Source: Christensenellaceae bacterium
Lineage (GTDB): Bacteria > Bacillota > Clostridia > Christensenellales > Borkfalkiaceae
Assembly (NCBI GenBank): GCA_045598745.1
Contig: JAZLMT010000025.1
Location: forward strand, 2,062 to 66,061
Length of the DNA: 64,000 nt
Direction of reading: 5' to 3'
The notes under the pieces were generated by a model that worked only from the letters and a program-made list of their open reading frames with translations, made no database searches and was not told the DNA's origin. Of the stretch, positions 28,776 to 37,223 are shown one piece after another (position 1 is the first letter of the stretch; each line of letters begins with the position of its first letter). The position numbers were made by a program, and so were the translations under genes.

Positions 28776-29855
28776 ATGAAATTTATTCATACAGCAGATT
28801 TACATCTTGATTCTAAAATTAATTCTTTAACACAAGAAAAAGCTAAAATCAGAAGAGAAGAGATTTTAACAACGTTTGAAAAATTGTGTGATTATGCCGA
28901 AAATAACAATGTTACGGCTGTTATTATTTCAGGCGATATGTTTGATTCTGCAAAAGTAACGAATAAAACGTTTTTAAGAGTGATAAATGCTATAAAAAAG
29001 GCAAAAGATACTGATTTTTTATGTTTAAGCGGGAATCATGATGAAGAAAACGTTTTTTATAATGCTGAAAATTTACCTATAAATTTAAAGTTTTTTTTAA
29101 ACGAGTGGACAAAATTCACGTATAATAACGTTGAAATACACGGTATTTCTTTTTCAAATAAAAATATTTCTACTTATGCGGATACTTTGCTATTAGATAA
29201 AGATAAAATAAATATTGTGGCGCTACATGGCCAAATTGCAGGATATAACAGTAAAGATGATGTAGAAGTTATTTCACTGCCAAAGCTAAAAAATAAGAAT
29301 ATTGATTATTTGGCTTTAGGGCATATTCACTCTTATGATTTAGGAGAATTAGATATTAGGGGAAAGTATTGTTATTCGGGTTGTTTAGATGCACGTGGCT
29401 TTGATGAGCTTGATAAAAAAGGGTTTGTTCTTCTTGAAGATGAGCAAAATAAGTTAATATCCACATTTATTCCGTTTTCTTCCAGAGAATATTGCGAGTT
29501 AGATTTTAATATTGATAATCGTAAGAATTTTTATGACGAATTAGACGCTTTTATGTCAGACATAAAAGCAAAAATCAATAGTAAAAATATAGTTAAAGTT
29601 AATATTAAGGGTGAAATAACGCCAAATTATAATATTGACTTTGATTTAATAAATTCAAGGCTAAACGACTATTTCTTTTATTCAAAAATCAAGGATAAAA
29701 CTACGCTTAAAATTTCAATAGAAGATTATAAAAATGACAAATCAATCGTAGGTGAATTTGTTAGAACGGTTTTATCAAGCAATTTAGAAAAAGAGTATTT
29801 AGACAAGATTTTGCTTTGTGGTTTAAATGCACTTAACAAGAAGGAGATGGAATAA
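28776..29855 (+). CDS. Mre11/SbcD-family metallophosphoesterase (YhaO-like DNA repair exonuclease)
   Basis: All five calcineurin-fold motifs are present: HTADLHLD, SGDMFD, GNHDE, ALHGQ and GHIHS. Starts 1 nt after the trmB stop. Confidence 0.75.
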   Translation: MKFIHTADLHLDSKINSLTQEKAKIRREEILTTFEKLCDYAENNNVTAVIISGDMFDSAKVTNKTFLRVINAIKKAKDTDFLCLSGNHDEENVFYNAENLPINLKFFLNEWTKFTYNNVEIHGISFSNKNISTYADTLLLDKDKINIVALHGQIAGYNSKDDVEVISLPKLKNKNIDYLALGHIHSYDLGELDIRGKYCYSGCLDARGFDELDKKGFVLLEDEQNKLISTFIPFSSREYCELDFNIDNRKNFYDELDAFMSDIKAKINSKNIVKVNIKGEITPNYNIDFDLINSRLNDYFFYSKIKDKTTLKISIEDYKNDKSIVGEFVRTVLSSNLEKEYLDKILLCGLNALNKKEME

Positions 29856-31771
29856 TGGTTATAACAAAAATTCACGTTTCTAGTTTTGGTGCGTTAAATA
29901 ATGTTGATTTTGATTTTAAAAACGGTATAAACACTATAAAAGAAGATAATGGCTTTGGTAAGACCACTTTATCGGTTTTTATTAAGGCTATGTTTTACGG
30001 TTTTAATAAAAAGGGGCGCACGGTAAAAACCGACGAAAGAAAGCAATATACTCCTTGGGGTAGTAATTCTCTATTCGGTGGCTATATTGAATTTGATTTT
30101 AAGGGTAAAAACTATAGAATTGAAAGATTTTTCGGGCAAAAAGAGAGTGACGATACTATAAAATTATACGATACTGCTACAATGACCGAATATAAAGGGC
30201 AAGATAATCTTGGTGAAAGGCTTTTCGGTATAGACGAAGCCGGTTTCGTTTCAACTTGTTTTTTATCGCAAAATAATTATGAAAATTCTTACGTTAGCAT
30301 AATTTCTAAATTTGAAGATATAGCAAAAACAAATAATGCAAATACTTTTATTGATGCAAAAAACATTTTGGAAAACGATATTAAGGACTTGAAACAACGG
30401 GGGGAAAAAGGTAAAATTCCAAATACCCAAAGAGAGATTAACGCAATAAATTTAGAACTTGAAAAAAAACAATCTATAGAACAATATCTTATAACTTTAG
30501 ATAAAAAGATTAAAGAAAATGAAGAAAAAATAAAGGTTTTAGATAAAGAAATTGAGTTTTTAGATGGTAAATCTCAAGTTGTAGCAAAAACGGATACGAT
30601 AAAATATAAGAAAGAGGATTATAAAAAACTGCTTGATGATAAAAATGAAATGCTTTCAAAAAAAGATAAACTTTATAATCTTATAAACGGTCAAACGATA
30701 TATGACGAAGAATATCAGCAATATTTTGATAAACACACAGAATATTTGAAGAATAAAGACGCTATTGTTAAACCTCAAAAACAAACTTCTACAGGCGTAA
30801 TGATTCCATTTTTTATTTTTTCGTTTATATCGCTTATTGTAAGTGTGGTAGGTTTATTTATACTTCCGCTTTTATTTTATATTTGTTTTCCTCTAACGTT
30901 TGCTTTCGTTGTATTCGGGCTGATATTCGTTAAAATATATAATAAAAATAAAAAGCCTGAACAAATTTTATCAAACGATTATAAAAATGATTTGATTGAA
31001 TTTTTAAGAAAATACGGATATTCCGAAAATGAATTAAATGATTTTTTGAAAATATTAAATAACATTAAAGACGTTTCAAAAGATCTGATTTATATAAAAG
31101 AACAGCTTAAAAATATTGAAATCAAGATTAAAGATAAAGAAAATGATGCGGATATTTTTAAAGAAATTTCTTTTGATGTTGATTATCAATCGTTAAATAG
31201 GGAATTAAACGAAAAAAGAGTTCATTGTAACGCTTTAAGGGAAGAAAACGCAACGAATAAAAACAATATTGTTCATTACGAAGAACAACTTTCCAACTTA
31301 AAGGATTTGGAAAGTAAGAAAGACGAGCTTGAAGAATCGTTAAAGGAATATAACGAAAGATTTGACATATTATCAAAAACTGTAGAGTTTTTAGATTGTG
31401 CTAACGAAAATTTAAAGGTAAAATACAGAAAACCGCTTGAGGACGCATTAAACAAATATTTATCTTTAATCGTAATAGAAAAGAAAATTTCAGCAAAAAT
31501 TGATACCGACTTAAATATTTTTATTGAAGAGAACGGAGTGCTTAAAGAAGCCGATTATTATAGCAAAGGGTTTCAGGATTTATTCAGAATTTGTAAAAGT
31601 TTTGCGCTTTGTGACGTGCTTTTTACTAATGAAAAACCGTTTGTAGTTTTAGATGACGTTTTTACAAATTTAGATGATAATAAACTAAAAGAAGCATTAA
31701 ACAGCGTTAAAGAACTTTCAAGTGAATATCAAATTTTATATTTTGTTTGCCATGAAAGTAGGAGAGTATAG
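29855..31771 (+). CDS. SbcC/Rad50-like (YhaN-like) ATPase with coiled coils and a central transmembrane hairpin
   Basis: N-terminal Walker A NGFGKTT. Long K/E-rich heptad regions. Hydrophobic stretch GVMIPFFIFSFISLIVSVVGLFILPLLFYICFPLTFAFVVFGLIFV. C-terminal Walker B FVVLDDVFTNLDD. Overlaps the upstream stop (TAATG). Confidence 0.65.
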   Translation: MVITKIHVSSFGALNNVDFDFKNGINTIKEDNGFGKTTLSVFIKAMFYGFNKKGRTVKTDERKQYTPWGSNSLFGGYIEFDFKGKNYRIERFFGQKESDDTIKLYDTATMTEYKGQDNLGERLFGIDEAGFVSTCFLSQNNYENSYVSIISKFEDIAKTNNANTFIDAKNILENDIKDLKQRGEKGKIPNTQREINAINLELEKKQSIEQYLITLDKKIKENEEKIKVLDKEIEFLDGKSQVVAKTDTIKYKKEDYKKLLDDKNEMLSKKDKLYNLINGQTIYDEEYQQYFDKHTEYLKNKDAIVKPQKQTSTGVMIPFFIFSFISLIVSVVGLFILPLLFYICFPLTFAFVVFGLIFVKIYNKNKKPEQILSNDYKNDLIEFLRKYGYSENELNDFLKILNNIKDVSKDLIYIKEQLKNIEIKIKDKENDADIFKEISFDVDYQSLNRELNEKRVHCNALREENATNKNNIVHYEEQLSNLKDLESKKDELEESLKEYNERFDILSKTVEFLDCANENLKVKYRKPLEDALNKYLSLIVIEKKISAKIDTDLNIFIEENGVLKEADYYSKGFQDLFRICKSFALCDVLFTNEKPFVVLDDVFTNLDDNKLKEALNSVKELSSEYQILYFVCHESRRV

Positions 31772-31773
31772 AT

Positions 31774-32217
31774 TTGGTAGAAAGAATTAAGTTTGAACTT
31801 GTTCCGAGTGGCTGTATGGGAATAAGTTTAAAGAACGGATTAGACAAAAAAGTTTGGCAAAAATTACGCTTAATTGCGCTTAAAAAATGCGGTAATAAGT
31901 GTTTTTGTTGCGGAAAACCTTTAACTAAATTTGAAGCGCATGAAGTTTGGAGTTATAATAAAGAAAAAGCGACAAGAAAACTTGAGAATATAATAGCAGT
32001 TTGCTCTGATTGTCACAAAGCGATTCATATGAATAGGACGTATCTTTTAGAAGATTACGAAAAAATAGAAGATCACTACTTAAAAGTTAATAACGCAAGT
32101 TACAGTGAGATGAAAAATGCGCTTAAAACAGCAAACGAAAAACAAAAAGAATTGAACGAAATATACGACTGGAAACTTGATTTAAGTTTTTTAGAAGATT
32201 TTATTAAGAAGGACTGA
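31774..32217 (+). CDS. small HNH-type nuclease-like protein
   Basis: CFCCG...AHEVW...VCSDCHKAIH fits a CxxC...H...CxxCH zinc-HNH pattern. TTG start 2 nt after the upstream stop. Confidence 0.55.
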   Translation: MVERIKFELVPSGCMGISLKNGLDKKVWQKLRLIALKKCGNKCFCCGKPLTKFEAHEVWSYNKEKATRKLENIIAVCSDCHKAIHMNRTYLLEDYEKIEDHYLKVNNASYSEMKNALKTANEKQKELNEIYDWKLDLSFLEDFIKKD

Positions 32218-32218
32218 T

Positions 32219-33019
32219 ATGGAAATTTTTGATTCACACGCACACATTTATCCGGAAAAAATAGCAGAAAAAGCGACTAAAGCTATAGGCGACTTTTATA
32301 ATTTAAAAATGGAAGAAGATAAAGGAACGCCGTCAAGGCTTATAGAAGTTGGTAAGTATGCAGGAATAAGTAAATACTTGGTGCATTCTTGTGCAACGAA
32401 AAGTAGCCAAGTTCATGCAATAAACGAATTTATTTTGCAAGAAATTACGGTTCATAAAGAATTTATCGGGTTTATGACGCTTCATCAAGACTTGACGATT
32501 GAAGAAATGAAAGAAGAAATACTGTTTTGTAAAGCAAACGGGTTCAAAGGGATAAAACTTCATCCTGACTTTCAAAAATTTGATATTGACTGTGAAGATG
32601 CAGAAAAAATTTATAAAGCCGTTGTTGAAACAAATTGTAATTTTCCGATACTTTTACACATGGGAGATAATAGGTTTGATTTCTCTAAACCGGAAAAACT
32701 TTGCGCTATGGCAAAAAAATATCCAAGCATTACGTTTATCGGGGCTCATTTCGGTGGATATAGATGCTGGGATAATCTTGAGCAGTATAAGGGAATAAAT
32801 AATATTTACTTTGATACAAGTTCGTCTTTGGATTTTATAGGAAGTAAAAGGGCGAAAGAATTAATTGAATTTTTTGGTGTAGATAAATTTTTCTTTGGAA
32901 CGGATTTTCCTATGTGGTCACCGAAAGATGAATTAAAAAGATTTTTTGATATCGGTTTAACAAACGAAGAAAACGAAAAGATACTATCAAAAAACCTTAA
33001 AAAATTACTGAATATTTAA
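32219..33019 (+). CDS. amidohydrolase-2 / TIM-barrel metal-dependent hydrolase family protein
   Basis: DSHAH N-terminal metal motif, KLHP, LLHMG, GAHFGG and GTDFPMW. Confidence 0.65.
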   Translation: MEIFDSHAHIYPEKIAEKATKAIGDFYNLKMEEDKGTPSRLIEVGKYAGISKYLVHSCATKSSQVHAINEFILQEITVHKEFIGFMTLHQDLTIEEMKEEILFCKANGFKGIKLHPDFQKFDIDCEDAEKIYKAVVETNCNFPILLHMGDNRFDFSKPEKLCAMAKKYPSITFIGAHFGGYRCWDNLEQYKGINNIYFDTSSSLDFIGSKRAKELIEFFGVDKFFFGTDFPMWSPKDELKRFFDIGLTNEENEKILSKNLKKLLNI

Positions 33020-33041
33020 TTAAAAAATAGTTATAAAAAAG

Positions 33042-33070
33042 TTGACAAAATTTTAGTCTTTTAGTATAAT
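33042..33070 (+). promoter_or_regulatory. consensus sigma-A promoter of the T-box operon
   Basis: TTGACA (33042-33047), 17-nt spacer, TATAAT (33065-33070). Confidence 0.7.
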
Positions 33071-33077
33071 ATACTAA

Positions 33078-33303
33078 AGACTGTGAAGGAAATAAGTTGT
33101 CAACCTTTTTTATTAAGAGAGTCGGTGGTTGGTGTGAACTGATTAAAAAATGATAACGCGCTCGTTCCGGAGTTGATTTGGTGAACTTTAGTAGCTGAAT
33201 TCGGGTAATTCCGTTAAAGATTTTGAGTGATTGCCTTTTGGCAATAATACGGGTGGTACCGCGGTTAATTCGTCCCTAAATAATTTTTTAGGGATTTTTT
33301 TGT
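33078..33303 (+). promoter_or_regulatory. T-box leader (tRNA-sensing transcription attenuator), probable Leu CUC specifier
   Basis: AGAGAG (33116-33121); distal-loop GGTGGTTGGTGTGAA; candidate specifier CTC followed by G (33161-33164); AGTAG; F-box CCGTTA (33211-33216); stem III ATTGCC-TTTT-GGCAAT (33230-33245); T-box AATACGGGTGGTACCGCGG (33246-33264); terminator TCCCTAAA-N6-TTTAGGGA plus T-run (33273-33303). Confidence 0.85.
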
Positions 33304-33320
33304 TTTTATTAGGAGTTTTT

Positions 33321-34712
33321 ATGAAAAACATCAAGATAATTGACGTATCTTTAAGGGAAATTCAATCTTCAAACGAATCGTTAAGTTTTAAGGAAAAGTT
33401 GGAAATAGCCAAAAAACTTGACGAATTAAACGTAGACGTTATTGAATTCGGTAATATTTGTGAAAAGGCTGATGAAGTTTTAATTAAGACTTTATCAACT
33501 TGTTTGACAAAATCAACGTTAGGATTAGTTGTAGACGGGAAGGTGAAAGACTTAAAGAAGTCCTATTCACTTGTTTCGCTTGCCAAAAAGAAAAAACTTA
33601 TAATAAAAATGCCGGTTTCTCCGATAAATATGGAATATTCTTTTCACTTAAAGCCGGCAGTTATATTAAAGAATTTTGAAGAACTTATAAAAAACGCTGT
33701 TTTAATTTGTGAAGACGTTGAAGTTCATTTTGAAGATTCTACCAGGGCAGAAAACGAATTTTTAATAAATGCAATAAAAACCGTTTTAAGTTTAGGGGTT
33801 AAATCAATAACGCTTTCCGATCAAACGGGGACAATGGAACCAAACGAGTTCAAAGAATTTATAGAGAATATTATTACTTTGGTTCCTGAAATAAAAAGCG
33901 TTGATTTGTTTGTTGAATGTTGTGATTTATTCAGAATGGCAACTTCGTCTATTATCAATGTTTTACCGAGTATTTCCGGTGTAAAGCTTTCAGCACTTAA
34001 TACATGTTGTTTGCCGGATTTTGAACATTTCTTTTCGGCACTTAACTATATCGGCGAAAAGAAAGGGTATTCTTCTAAAATAAATAAAACTTGCATTTCA
34101 AGGGTTGTTGGGCAAATATTGAATATTTCTTCTTCAAAAGCACAATCCGTTAACGATCAAGAAGAAACAGTAGAAAATATTTCAAAGAAGATAACGCTTA
34201 ATGCACTCACGAAACTTCTAAAAAAACGGGGGTATGATTTAACGGGAGAAGATATTTCTAAAATTTATGAAGAAATTTTAAGAATAGGCGAAAAGAAAGA
34301 TTTAACTACAAAAGAGCTTGATTCTATAGTTGCCGTAACGGCACTTCAAGTTCCGGCTACTTACGAGCTAAAAAATTATGCCGTTCACTCAAGCAACGTT
34401 TTATCTTCAACGGCAAACGTAACTTTAATAAAAAATAAAAATAGCGAAATAAACGGAATTGCGTTTGGAAACGGTTCGGTTGATTCTGCGTTTTTGGCAA
34501 TAGAAAATGCTCTTGGCCGTCATTTTGATCTTGATGAATTTTCACTTAACAGTGTTACCGAAGGTAAAGAAGCAATGGGTGAAACTATAATCAAGTTAAG
34601 AAATAACGGAAAGATTTATTCAGGTAGGGGTGTTTCTACCGATATTGTCGGTGCAAGTATAAAGGCTTATATAAACGCTTTAAACAAAATTGTATACGAG
34701 GAAAAAGAATAA
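33321..34712 (+). CDS. divergent 2-isopropylmalate synthase (LeuA) paralogue: catalytic motifs degenerate, C-terminal LeuA regulatory domain conserved
   Basis: IDVSLREIQSS replaces DTTLRDGEQS. VECCDLF replaces HxHND. GIGERAGN is absent. The C-terminus GNGSVDSAF...GKEAMGETIIKL...GKIYSGRGVSTDIVGASIKAYINALNKI matches the LeuA allosteric domain closely. AGGAG RBS plus ATG at 33321. Confidence 0.7.
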   Translation: MKNIKIIDVSLREIQSSNESLSFKEKLEIAKKLDELNVDVIEFGNICEKADEVLIKTLSTCLTKSTLGLVVDGKVKDLKKSYSLVSLAKKKKLIIKMPVSPINMEYSFHLKPAVILKNFEELIKNAVLICEDVEVHFEDSTRAENEFLINAIKTVLSLGVKSITLSDQTGTMEPNEFKEFIENIITLVPEIKSVDLFVECCDLFRMATSSIINVLPSISGVKLSALNTCCLPDFEHFFSALNYIGEKKGYSSKINKTCISRVVGQILNISSSKAQSVNDQEETVENISKKITLNALTKLLKKRGYDLTGEDISKIYEEILRIGEKKDLTTKELDSIVAVTALQVPATYELKNYAVHSSNVLSSTANVTLIKNKNSEINGIAFGNGSVDSAFLAIENALGRHFDLDEFSLNSVTEGKEAMGETIIKLRNNGKIYSGRGVSTDIVGASIKAYINALNKIVYEEKE

Positions 34713-37219
34713 TGCAATTATCATTTTCAACAAATGGTTGGAATTTAGATTTTAACAACTTAATAAAATTGTGCGTTGAAAATAAGATTTGCGGTCTTGA
34801 AATTCACGATATAAATGCCGATTGTTTTAATAACGGTAATCCTTTTATCAGGGAAAATATTAACAAAACAAAAAAGGCACTTTTTGAAAATAATATTTCA
34901 ATTTCTTGCTTTGATTTGAAAACGAATTTTGCTACTGTTTGTGAAAACGATTGTATCGTTAAAGAAATTGAAAATCTTATTTCGGTTGCAAACGAAATAA
35001 ATTGTAAATATATTCGTTTGCATGCTTTTGAATATGAAAAATATAACGAAAAGGTTTTTTATAAAAAAGCAAATGAATATTTAACCGGCTTAATAGAATA
35101 CGCAAAGAAGAAAAACGTTACCATTTTGTTTGAAACTATGGGTATTTTTTCTGACACGAAGGTTTTAGGGGATTTTCTAGGCAGTTTTGCAGACGATAAC
35201 CTTTCTTCTGTTTGGGACGTGCATAATACTTTCAGATTTGCAAACGAAAATCCAAACGTAACTGTTCAAAATTTAGGTAAAAATATAAAGCATATTCATA
35301 TAAAGGACAGTTTGATTGTAAACGGCAAAGTAAATTATTGTTTTTTGGGTGAAGGAGATTTGCCTGTAAAAGAAATAATAAAATCACTTATGTCTATCAA
35401 CTATGAAGGATATATTTCTTTGGAAGTTATTCCAGATTGGCTAGGTTCTTTAGGTGATGAAAATATTGTTTTACCACAATTTTCAAGTTATATGTCTTCG
35501 TTTGATATGGCACCGGCTTGGCAAAAGAAATTGTTTTTAAATAAATCGGGAACAGGTAAATTTATTTGGGCAAAAGATATTTTAATAGAAAAAACTTGCT
35601 CTCAAGTTTTAGATAGAGTTGCTTTAGATTTTCCTGATCAAGTTGCGTTTAAATATACGACTTTGGATTACACGAGAACTTATAAAGAATTTAGAGATGA
35701 AGTTGACGTTGTAGCAAGGGCATTGATGAGCGTTGGCGTTAGATCTGGTGATCACGTTGCCGTTTGGGCAACTAACGTTCCGGAATGGTTTTTGGTTTTC
35801 TGGGCAACGACAAAAATCGGGGCAGTTTTGGTTTCTGTTAATACTGCTTATAAATCACATGAAATAGAGTATCTTTTAAGACAATCTGATACGCATACTT
35901 TATTTATTATTGACGGATATAGGGATAGCAATTATGCTGAAATAATCAATGAATTATGTCCTGAACTTAAGAAAAATAAAAAAGGAAGTCCACTTCACGC
36001 AAAGCGTCTTCCTTTCCTTCGCAACGTTATAACAATCGGTTTTTCTCAAAGTGGTTCGCTTAATTTCAGTGAGTTTATGAATATGGCGAAACTTGTTTCG
36101 TATGAAGAAATGAAAGCCGTTGCTAACAGTGTAAAGATAAATGACGTTTGTAATATGCAATATACTTCGGGAACGACAGGTTTTCCAAAAGGGGTAATGC
36201 TCACACATTATAACATTATGAACAACGGTAAGTGCATAGGTGACAGAATGGATTTGTCAACGGCGGATAGAATGATGATTCAAGTTCCTATGTTCCATTG
36301 TTTCGGTATGGTTTTATCTATGATTGCGGCAATCACGCACGGCGTAACGATTTGTCCGCTTCCGTATTTTTCACCGAAGCCTGCACTTCAATGTATTAAT
36401 CAAGAGAGAATAACTTGTTTTCATGGCGTTCCTACAATGTTTATTGCGCTTTTATCTCACGCTGATTTTGCAAAAACGGATTTTTCATTTATGAGAACGG
36501 GAATAATGGCGGGAAGCCCTTGTCCTGTTTCCGTTATGCAAGACGTTTTGAATAAAATGAATATGAAAGAAATAACTATCGTTTACGGTCAAACGGAAGC
36601 TTCGCCTGGTTGCACAATGAGTTCAACTACCGATAGTGTGGACGTTAGAGTTAATACTGTTGGCGGTCCGCTTCCAAACGTAGAGTGCAAGATAGTTAAT
36701 CCGGAAACTAATGAAGAATTGCCGATAAACACCGTTGGTGAATTTGTTGCACGTGGCTATAACGTTATGAAAGGTTATTACAAAATGCCTATTGAAACTG
36801 CTAAAACCATTGATGAAGACGGTTGGCTTCATACGGGCGACCTTGCGTTAAAGACGGAAGAAGGCAATTTTAGAATTACGGGTAGATTGAAAGATATGAT
36901 TATCCGTGGCGGTGAAAACTTATATCCTAAAGAGATAGAAGATTTCTTATATACGCACCCGAAAATATCAGACGTTCAAGTTGTTGGTGTTCCTGATGAA
37001 AAATATGGTGAAGAAGCGTATGCTTTCATTATATTAAAGGAAAATCAAACGTTAACGGAAGAAGAATTAAGAAAATATTGTAACGAAAGAATAGCAAAAC
37101 ATAAAGTTCCGAGATATTTTGATTTTGTGGATAGTTTTCCTATGAACGTTGCAGGAAAAATTCTCAAATATAAAATGAGAGAAGATGCAGAAAATAAAAT
37201 AAAAAGCAATAGGAAATAA
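34712..37219 (+). CDS. fusion protein: xylose-isomerase-like TIM barrel (sugar-phosphate isomerase/epimerase family) plus AMP-forming acyl-CoA ligase
   Basis: N-terminal ~270 aa carry LFET, WDVHN, HIHIKD and SLEV, as in AP-endonuclease-2/xylose-isomerase-like barrels. The C-terminus has YTSGTTGFPKGVMLTH, YGQTE, WLHTGD, GRLKDMIIRGGENLYP and the terminal GKILK lysine motif. Confidence 0.75.
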   Translation: MQLSFSTNGWNLDFNNLIKLCVENKICGLEIHDINADCFNNGNPFIRENINKTKKALFENNISISCFDLKTNFATVCENDCIVKEIENLISVANEINCKYIRLHAFEYEKYNEKVFYKKANEYLTGLIEYAKKKNVTILFETMGIFSDTKVLGDFLGSFADDNLSSVWDVHNTFRFANENPNVTVQNLGKNIKHIHIKDSLIVNGKVNYCFLGEGDLPVKEIIKSLMSINYEGYISLEVIPDWLGSLGDENIVLPQFSSYMSSFDMAPAWQKKLFLNKSGTGKFIWAKDILIEKTCSQVLDRVALDFPDQVAFKYTTLDYTRTYKEFRDEVDVVARALMSVGVRSGDHVAVWATNVPEWFLVFWATTKIGAVLVSVNTAYKSHEIEYLLRQSDTHTLFIIDGYRDSNYAEIINELCPELKKNKKGSPLHAKRLPFLRNVITIGFSQSGSLNFSEFMNMAKLVSYEEMKAVANSVKINDVCNMQYTSGTTGFPKGVMLTHYNIMNNGKCIGDRMDLSTADRMMIQVPMFHCFGMVLSMIAAITHGVTICPLPYFSPKPALQCINQERITCFHGVPTMFIALLSHADFAKTDFSFMRTGIMAGSPCPVSVMQDVLNKMNMKEITIVYGQTEASPGCTMSSTTDSVDVRVNTVGGPLPNVECKIVNPETNEELPINTVGEFVARGYNVMKGYYKMPIETAKTIDEDGWLHTGDLALKTEEGNFRITGRLKDMIIRGGENLYPKEIEDFLYTHPKISDVQVVGVPDEKYGEEAYAFIILKENQTLTEEELRKYCNERIAKHKVPRYFDFVDSFPMNVAGKILKYKMREDAENKIKSNRK

Positions 37220-37223
37220 AGAT

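Noticed and set aside
29855-32217. Calling the ATPase plus HNH pair a Septu-type anti-phage system.
   Set aside because: The ATPase is Rad50/SbcC-like with long coiled coils and is paired with an Mre11-like nuclease, as in YhaO/YhaN. It is co-transcribed with trmB and has no mobile-element context. I kept it as an open question in the findings rather than as a call.
33231-33320. The ORF track's 30-codon N-terminal extension of the LeuA-like ORF (MPFGNNTGGTAVNSS...).
   Set aside because: It reads straight through the T-box sequence and the leader terminator. A proper AGGAG RBS plus ATG is at 33321.
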